Below the pieces are notes generated by a model. That model saw only the letters and a program-made list of their open reading frames with translations. It ran no database searches and was not told the DNA's origin. A stretch of DNA of 64,000 bases from NCBI GenBank assembly GCA_020184695.1, contig JAANOX010000061.1, forward strand, positions 372,001-436,000. The letters are read 5' to 3'. Below are positions 56,502 to 64,000 of this stretch, piece after piece. A program made the translations under genes and the position numbers. Every line of letters begins with the position of its first letter. The first letter of the stretch is position 1. Source of the DNA: Histomonas meleagridis 2922-C6/04-290x (Eukaryota > Protista > Parabasalia).

Positions 56502-56899
56502 TAAAATGTAACTTTTTTGATTTCAAATAAACGATATGTATCGTACTCCTGAAAGATCATTTTTAAGCAGTTTACATTTTTCATATTCTGATTTTGGTTT
56601 TATTTTTCTTCAAAACAAAATCAAATCCTAAGATATCAAAAAAATTTCACAAAAACATCTAGAATAATGACAAGCAAAGATATATTTTAATTCTCACCAT
56701 AGTAACTATTGGAACACTCCTTATAGCTTTAATTATTTTTAGTGAGTTTGTTATAATGTATTGTCGAAGACTAAAAAATTGAGAAAGAAAGAGATAAAAA
56801 CGTAAAGTCAGATAAGTACTCATGAGTTTGGTAGTATATGAGATTATTTCTGGAATAATAAAAATTATTTATCATGAAGTTAGTTAAGTGGTTTAAATC

Positions 56900-57753
56900 T
56901 AAAAGGCAAAAATCAACATAGCTCAATAATTTCCAGATCCGACATTTTGTTTGTTACTATTCTTGGACTTACATTTCAAGGTTCATATGTATATCAAAGA
57001 TACTTAGATTTGGTTTCAAGAGTTCTCAAATTAGCGTTGTGATGCCAACATGCATGTTTTTCATTTCTTCGATAATAATTTATTTCTTTTTTTACCTGAA
57101 ACTAAAAAAACAAAGAAATCAAATCACGTTAACAAGATTACTTTCAAGTAGTTAAACTTATTTTCCAGCATATCCTACAATCTTAAGAATTGACGCTTGT
57201 TTTACTTATTGATTTTCTTTATAATACATTTGTTTTATTATTATATACACCGCGTTGGTTACGAATTCATCAAGTTAATAAAAAAAAAAAACTTCCGTTG
57301 TCACAAATGAATACTACAAGTAGTTTAGCGCTTATGAATGGAGCACAGATATTCGGCGCTTTTTCAAACATGTTTTCACAGAAAAATGTTTTATTTATTT
57401 GTTATCTTTTTTATACGTTTTGTATGTATGGAATTGTAATCTTTTTCGATAAAAAAAATGTTGTTTTCACATGTTATGTAATCGCTGCGATAAGTGATGG
57501 GGGCGCAGGAACTTTCATGCGTATACTTCGAGCTAATACTTACCCTAAAGATGTGCGTGGTTATATCTTGGGATTATTGAGAGTACCAACTTCTGCATGT
57601 GTTTCGATAATTTTGATGTTATTAAAAGATGCTGACGTGATAATAATATTTAAGGTTGCAAATGTGTTCATTTCGTTGGTTACTTTACTGACATTGATTT
57701 TGTTATTGATGAAAGGAAAAGAAGCAAAGAAACAAAAAAGTATTAACAACTAA
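56900..57753 (+). pseudogene. MFS transporter (MFSD5/molybdate-anion type-like), fragmented
   Basis: LRANTYPKDVRGYILGLLRVP motif and TM helices in ORF 57190-57753; upstream TM fragments in other frames. Confidence 0.55.
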
Positions 57754-58007
57754 TAAAATTTTAATCTTTTTGTTTTACTTAAGCAATTTATATAAATTTT
57801 CCGACTGTGAATTCATCATTGCTTATAATATATAAAATTTCTCTTTATACAAAAATGAATAATGAAATTACATTAAAACTTTAAAAATTATTTCACTTTC
57901 ATAACTCCAAAATATTTCCAAAATCAGAAAACAACAAAATTTGTTCAATTCATTATTAAAAATTCAAAAGATAAATTTTTTACTGATTCAAATCGAACTT
58001 AAAGTAT

Positions 58008-61000
58008 TTAATTTAAGTTCATTTTATACACGTTATAATTTTCGCATCCATATACCAAAGCCATTTCTTCATCATCATAATCTATAGTTGTTACATTACT
58101 TTCGACCTCTACCACTTTTTCAATGTTTAACTTTGGTAAACTTAACAAATACAAATGTCGTCTTCTATCGGCCATTGCTAATAACGAATTTTTACCGTTT
58201 AAAATTATTTCACAAATTTCAACGTTAACAGAATCGTTAAAATTAATTTCATTAATTAATTCCAAATCGATACCCAACGATACGACTTTAATATTTCTCT
58301 TTCCATTGAACAAAACTATGACAACGCTTGGAATTTGTGTCAACATAACCTTTGAAATTTGTAATTCCATATTAATACTATGTAAATAAGAACCATCATT
58401 TAAATTATTTAAAATTATTTTCTTCGTTTTATAAGCACATAAAATCAAATTCGAAACAAATGAAACATCGAAATCTACAATTGATGAAGAATGTGGACAT
58501 ATTTGATATTCGATATTTGGTTGAGATTTCTTTAATGACCAAACAGTTATAGAACTATCTTTAGAAGTTGTAACCAAATATTTTGTTGAAGATACAATTA
58601 TACTATGTATCAAAGAATTTTGTCTTTTCGAGTTAATTAGTTTAATGTTATCATCATTAATTTGATATATTCTAATGATCGAATCCATTGAAGAAGTTTC
58701 AAAGAATAATTTCTTTTCTTTACAATAAGAAAATGATTTTTCGATAAGTAAATCATTATTATTAATAATACATTGATTTAATTTTGTTTCTATTATATTA
58801 TTATAATTTAAATTCCCATCTTCAGTAACGATAATTATATTATCATTTTTACTTTTTATGAAAATTGGTTTCGAATTTAATTTATATTGTAAATCAGAAC
58901 TCTTTAAATTGAATATATTTAAATATAATAAATTTGTTTTCTCACGTGAAGGATGTTGAGTTTTAAATAATTGATTTGGTATAACACCAAATAATGCTGC
59001 AAATTGTTGACATTGTTGAAGTTTATTTTGATCATTCATAACTTCAGGTGTTACATATGTTGAATAAGTAAAAGGATGAAATGTATTATTTGCTAATTTA
59101 GCTTCTATACCATTTTGTTTATAACCGAATATTAAATCGATCCATTTACTTAAGTTTAAACTTACATATTCACTTTCTAAAGCTTCGCGATGTATTTGTA
59201 TGAAATCATAATTATCTTTAGCCCAATTCGGTAATATTACATCATTAATTTTATTACCATCAACACTTAAACCTAAATCAAAATTATCTGAATTAATTAA
59301 GAATTTTGGTGTAGTAAAGAATTCAGGAATTAATTCTCTAAAGTCAGTAATTGTTGAAGATGTTACTGTTTCCCATAATATTGGAATAGAAGAAAAGATT
59401 CGACTACTTTGATCGAATTTATTATCTTGCATTTTAATATTAATTGTAGTATAAGGTTCTAAACGTAATAAATAATATGTAACAAAATATGAATTAGAAT
59501 AATGGACTTTATATAAGAATTTGTTCTCTTCATCCATTTCTTCAACTAATTCTAATAAATGTTCTAATCGTTCATCATTTAATGCTCCAATAGGTTTACT
59601 TAAATCTCGATAAACATTAGGATCATTTAAATCAATTGTTTCACTTGTATAATCTTTTAAGACCCATGGAAAGATTGGATATTGTGTTAAATCATTAAAA
59701 CTTCGACCAGAGAATAAATTTAAATATATTAAATATTCATAATTTGATATTTTCCCATTTAACCAATCTTCTGTTAAATTTGATTCTTCTATTAATGAAT
59801 AATTTGTATTTATTTGGAAATATCGTAATTTTAATAATTTATACTTTTGTAATATTCGAATTATATTTTTCTTTATGTTTTCATTTGGAAATATTATTAA
59901 ATAACTTTTCTTTTGGATAATAAAGAATTCTAATCCACATGGAATATGTAAATAATTCCTTTGTAAAATCATATCTAAATCTTCTGTACGAATTTCAATT
60001 GATTTTGTGACTTTTTCATTTGAAGTTCCATTAAAGAATATTTGATTCTTATTAATGAATAATTTCCCTTCAAATGTTTTATTTAATTTTATTAATTTAG
60101 CTTCAAATGAAAATGAATAATTTTCTAATTCTAAATTATTATTTTCATCAATATCATTATCATTAGAAGTTTCATTAATGTTATTAATAATTATATTATT
60201 ATTTAACTTTAATTGTTCTATAGTATTATTTGCTTCTTCTTTAGTACGTGAATCTCTTAATATTGAAGCCATTTGATGTAAATCAAAATGATCATTAATT
60301 TGTAATTGACAATGTCGGAAATTATTATCTAATTTTAAGGATAATTTCCAATGTTGTTTAATGTTTTCTGTATTATTTAATGAGTTATATCCATAATTTG
60401 CATTTAATTCTTTCTTTAAATGTTCATAAGCTTTAGAACATCGATATGAATTATGGATATAAGATAATCCATTAATTTCATATATATTATAAAAACTATC
60501 TTCATCTACTGATGGATATTGATCCAAATTTTCAATTTTTACTTGTGAATTAATAATATTTTGTAATGTTTTATTTAATAATTGTGTATAAATGATATTA
60601 TAATTCTCTGAAATTGTTGTTAATGTTGTTAACCATTCAGATGAATTAATACCATAAAAATCAGGTAAAAATCCATTTAATTCTTTAACTTTTTGATGTG
60701 ATTGTATAATTAGATTTATAAAATTATCTAAATAAATTTTAGTTGATTGATTATTACATGTAATAGGATATAAATATGATGTAAAAATTGTTGTACACTT
60801 TAAAAATAAATCAGTATTTAATCTTGAAAATACTTTTGATAATATTTGTGTAATTTTTTCAACTAAGTTATGATTCATTTTAATGACATTACTTAAGGAA
60901 TAAGTTAATAATTCGATAATTGTTAATGATATCTTATTATATATAATAGTTTTCTCTAAAATTGGAATTTCTTTTTCGATTATGTCTATTAATTTAATAC

Positions 61001-64000
61001 CTAATTCATTATCATACCAATAATTATTTAATGTTCGAATAGATAAAGAAGTTTTAACATTAAAACTTTCTTTATAATTTTGGATTTTATTAATAAAATC
61101 TTTAAAAGTTAAATTTACATCAAATATTTTTTCGTTTTTAATTGGGTTTTTAATATTATATTTATTATATAAATCTAAATTATAATAAAATTCATCATAA
61201 TTCGGGATAAAGAATAAATATGAAAATATTTCAGGTATTAATATATTATAAACATTTTCAATAAATGAATCATAAATATTTAATATTTTCAAAAATATTT
61301 TCTCTAATATATAATTCATATTCCAATGTTTAATATATTGTATAATATGAAAAAATCCAATAATTGATTGAAAATGTGTTGAATTTTGATTATTTAATAA
61401 CTTTATCATAATAATTGCAAATAAATTTATAATTAATTCTAAATAATTGTTGTCAGTAATATTTAATATTGGTTTTGACATTTGTAAGAATAAATAAAAT
61501 ATATAAATATACCAATTAGAATTAATAAATTGTTCATTTTCATTATTCATTAAATATTCATATAATTTATTAATGAAATTATAAATATTTTCGGAATTAA
61601 ATTCATATGAAATAAATGATATAAAAGGTAATATATTTTTCATTAATTCAGGTGTATCAAAAAATAATTCAATAGTTTCATTCCAAGTTTTAATTGTAAT
61701 ATTTTCTTTATTATATAAATCAATATAAGAATTAATAGTTTCATTAATATTTGGTAAATTATTAAGAAATCCTTTATTTAAATGTTGATAAGCTAAAATT
61801 ATAAATTTAAATCCAATAATACGAAAATCTTCTTCAAAATCAGATGATAAATAAATAAAAGATGAAATATATTGTTTCTTCGAAAATAATAATTGACAAT
61901 TAAATATACGTTGTGTAAATAATATATATAAAACATTTAAAGTCTCTAATTTAACTTTAAGATTAGTTAAAATAAAACAACTTTGATATATAAATTCTTG
62001 TTCATTAATTTCAAATCGTTTCTTACTAAATGATATTAAAAATGGCCAATATTTCTCACGTTTTTCTTCTTCATTCATTAAATTAATATATGTAAATATT
62101 TCAATAAAATTAAATGTATTAATAAATAAATTTGTTGAATTTTCTAAAAACTTTAATAATACATCAGATACAATAATATTATGAAAGTTTTCATCTTTCT
62201 TTCTCCAAATATCATAATTTAACCAAAACAATTTTAACATTTCTGATTTATGTTGATCTAATTTTAATGAATAACATAAATTATACATTGAATCTAAGAA
62301 TTCATTTGTTAAATTATTTGGATTAATCTTTGAACATAAATGTGAAAAAGATTTCATTCCATTAACATTAAAGAATAAATCTTCAAAATCTTTTGAATAT
62401 AATATAAAACTTATGAATAAATTAATTAATGAATTAAAGAAATTTAAATTATCAGTATCACCTTTAGAAGATATTTGTGGTATATCTACTTGTTCTAATA
62501 AAGGGATAAAACGTAATATTCCTTCCATATTAAACATATCATTAACTAATGTACTACTAAATGGTACTATATCACCTTCAATTGAAGCATTTTTATTAAT
62601 ATTATTTGAAGATATATTTAATATATTTTTACCAATTGCCATACGAGAATTATAACATAATAATAAAATAGATTCAATATCTCCATTAAATAATATTTGT
62701 GGTAATGATGGAAATAAATTAATATTACTTGGTAAAAATGAATAAATATAATCTAATGGTAAACTTGCTATAGCTTTCATTATCGATGTATTTAAATATT
62801 GTGAAAATATATATATTACATTAATATTACATGTTAATGTATAATTAGATGATAATGATTTAGCAATATATAATGATTCAATATTTTCGATTTTTAAATT
62901 TGGTATATTAAATGTTGTGATTTTATTACCATTAATAAATACTTTAAAATCTCCATTTTGATATGACATACCAAATGTATACCAAACATTAGTCTTAAAT
63001 TCAAATTCGATTTTATTTGTTACATTTTTTTGTTTCTTTTGTCCATATTGTGTACATATAAATATATTGCCATTTCTAAATATTATTTCGATGATTGAAT
63101 TATTGGAAGTTTTAATATATAATAAACGTGGTTCTTTATCATGAGAGAAATTAACTAATTCTAAATTTAATTTAATTACTATTGAAAATCCTTTTGATAT
63201 ATTTGTTGAAGTTAATTTAGGTAAAGTTAAACCTGTTTCAATTCCACCGAAATGAATAAAAGATGAAGGTAAATGTGATTTATCTTGTTCTAATATATTA
63301 TGAAATCCACTAATTAAATTATATGTCCACCATACACGTTTATTATCATAAGGTTTTAATAATGAAGTAGCTTCAATAAATACTCGAGGCTTAATAATGA
63401 ATGATGAAACAGTATAAAATAAACCTAATGAAGAAAAAATCGATTCAATTCGATCATTATTAATTGTAGATAAATCAGGAAATTGTTGAATATAATTTAA
63501 GATAATAATTAATAATTTACTTTGATATACATGTAAACAATTCGTAAATGATTTCTCACATATTACTGATAAATAATTCATAATTTTAGAATGATATTGT
63601 GGTAAATGAATAATAGACATATGTAAATATGGTAATGCTTTATAAAATCGTGTTTCAACTAATTCAGGTAATTGTTTTATTCGAATATTTACTTCAAATA
63701 CTGTTTCTAATAATACATTAATTAATTCATCTTCAAATGTAATTTGTGATAATAAATTCGAAACTTTATCTAAGAAACGTAAAGGTTTACAATATACAAA
63801 TTGTTGACAAGATTGATCAAATTTTGTTATATTTAATATTAATTTAACTAAATTTAATAATAATTCATATGATTTTTGTCCAATTTTATTAATACAGATT
63901 TGTAATGAGTTAATTAAAAATGGTAATATATCATATTTCTTAAATTGATTAACTAATGTTTTTCGATTAGCTATAATACCTTTTGTTAATAAATTTATTA
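58008..64000 (-). CDS. BEACH domain protein (ConA-like, PH, BEACH, WD40); 5' end lies beyond the window
   Basis: GRSFNDLTQYPIFPWV, YRDLSKPIGALN, HYSN, DFRELIPEFF, WIDLIFGYKQNG and FGVIPNQLF; the frame stays open from 63620 to the window edge. Confidence 0.95.
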   Translation of the reverse strand, partial: INLLTKGIIANRKTLVNQFKKYDILPFLINSLQICINKIGQKSYELLLNLVKLILNITKFDQSCQQFVYCKPLRFLDKVSNLLSQITFEDELINVLLETVFEVNIRIKQLPELVETRFYKALPYLHMSIIHLPQYHSKIMNYLSVICEKSFTNCLHVYQSKLLIIILNYIQQFPDLSTINNDRIESIFSSLGLFYTVSSFIIKPRVFIEATSLLKPYDNKRVWWTYNLISGFHNILEQDKSHLPSSFIHFGGIETGLTLPKLTSTNISKGFSIVIKLNLELVNFSHDKEPRLLYIKTSNNSIIEIIFRNGNIFICTQYGQKKQKNVTNKIEFEFKTNVWYTFGMSYQNGDFKVFINGNKITTFNIPNLKIENIESLYIAKSLSSNYTLTCNINVIYIFSQYLNTSIMKAIASLPLDYIYSFLPSNINLFPSLPQILFNGDIESILLLCYNSRMAIGKNILNISSNNINKNASIEGDIVPFSSTLVNDMFNMEGILRFIPLLEQVDIPQISSKGDTDNLNFFNSLINLFISFILYSKDFEDLFFNVNGMKSFSHLCSKINPNNLTNEFLDSMYNLCYSLKLDQHKSEMLKLFWLNYDIWRKKDENFHNIIVSDVLLKFLENSTNLFINTFNFIEIFTYINLMNEEEKREKYWPFLISFSKKRFEINEQEFIYQSCFILTNLKVKLETLNVLYILFTQRIFNCQLLFSKKQYISSFIYLSSDFEEDFRIIGFKFIILAYQHLNKGFLNNLPNINETINSYIDLYNKENITIKTWNETIELFFDTPELMKNILPFISFISYEFNSENIYNFINKLYEYLMNNENEQFINSNWYIYIFYLFLQMSKPILNITDNNYLELIINLFAIIMIKLLNNQNSTHFQSIIGFFHIIQYIKHWNMNYILEKIFLKILNIYDSFIENVYNILIPEIFSYLFFIPNYDEFYYNLDLYNKYNIKNPIKNEKIFDVNLTFKDFINKIQNYKESFNVKTSLSIRTLNNYWYDNELGIKLIDIIEKEIPILEKTIIYNKISLTIIELLTYSLSNVIKMNHNLVEKITQILSKVFSRLNTDLFLKCTTIFTSYLYPITCNNQSTKIYLDNFINLIIQSHQKVKELNGFLPDFYGINSSEWLTTLTTISENYNIIYTQLLNKTLQNIINSQVKIENLDQYPSVDEDSFYNIYEINGLSYIHNSYRCSKAYEHLKKELNANYGYNSLNNTENIKQHWKLSLKLDNNFRHCQLQINDHFDLHQMASILRDSRTKEEANNTIEQLKLNNNIIINNINETSNDNDIDENNNLELENYSFSFEAKLIKLNKTFEGKLFINKNQIFFNGTSNEKVTKSIEIRTEDLDMILQRNYLHIPCGLEFFIIQKKSYLIIFPNENIKKNIIRILQKYKLLKLRYFQINTNYSLIEESNLTEDWLNGKISNYEYLIYLNLFSGRSFNDLTQYPIFPWVLKDYTSETIDLNDPNVYRDLSKPIGALNDERLEHLLELVEEMDEENKFLYKVHYSNSYFVTYYLLRLEPYTTINIKMQDNKFDQSSRIFSSIPILWETVTSSTITDFRELIPEFFTTPKFLINSDNFDLGLSVDGNKINDVILPNWAKDNYDFIQIHREALESEYVSLNLSKWIDLIFGYKQNGIEAKLANNTFHPFTYSTYVTPEVMNDQNKLQQCQQFAALFGVIPNQLFKTQHPSREKTNLLYLNIFNLKSSDLQYKLNSKPIFIKSKNDNIIIVTEDGNLNYNNIIETKLNQCIINNNDLLIEKSFSYCKEKKLFFETSSMDSIIRIYQINDDNIKLINSKRQNSLIHSIIVSSTKYLVTTSKDSSITVWSLKKSQPNIEYQICPHSSSIVDFDVSFVSNLILCAYKTKKIILNNLNDGSYLHSINMELQISKVMLTQIPSVVIVLFNGKRNIKVVSLGIDLELINEINFNDSVNVEICEIILNGKNSLLAMADRRRHLYLLSLPKLNIEKVVEVESNVTTIDYDDEEMALVYGCENYNVYKMNLN

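Noticed and set aside
2382-62655. Numerous short overlapping or antisense ORFs in the track (e.g. 4038-4220, 9081-9443, 11605-11937, 53161-53493, 58123-58389)
   Set aside because: Shadow frames of well-supported genes with no recognisable motifs.
63618-63620. Start codon of the BEACH gene
   Set aside because: The frame remains open to position 64000, so the true start is outside the window.

Overview
Very AT-rich, gene-dense eukaryotic genomic DNA from a parabasalid (trichomonad; Tritrichomonas-like by inference). The assignment rests on a hydrogenosomal processing peptidase beta subunit, BspA-like LRR and DUF3447-type ankyrin genes, and no canonical introns seen. Housekeeping genes (RPS11, eIF3d, Ssu72, RPC3-like, TBC Rab-GAP, cyclin, BEACH protein, two tRNAs) flank an accessory zone at about 31.7-49.5 kb. 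There are two stand-out observations. (1) Four ankyrin-repeat loci have repeats interrupted at the same codon position by AT-rich spacers with no GT-AG ends. In three of these loci 17 spacers are exactly 77 nt (frame-breaking) and 8 are exactly 60 nt, despite divergent sequence, and nearly all spacers carry a G(G/A)A motif 20-21 nt before coding resumes. This suggests an undescribed precise removal or recoding system. (2) A virus-like cluster holds an intact CRESS-type Rep, a perfect 37-bp GC-rich hairpin, penton-like ORFs, and remnants of an A32-like packaging ATPase and a D5-like helicase. It lies between a Tc1 element whose transposase ends in a Myb domain and a P-element-like relic. A 56-aa Tom22-like gene missed by the ORF track was also found. 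All protein-family calls come from motif recognition by eye, not from database searches.
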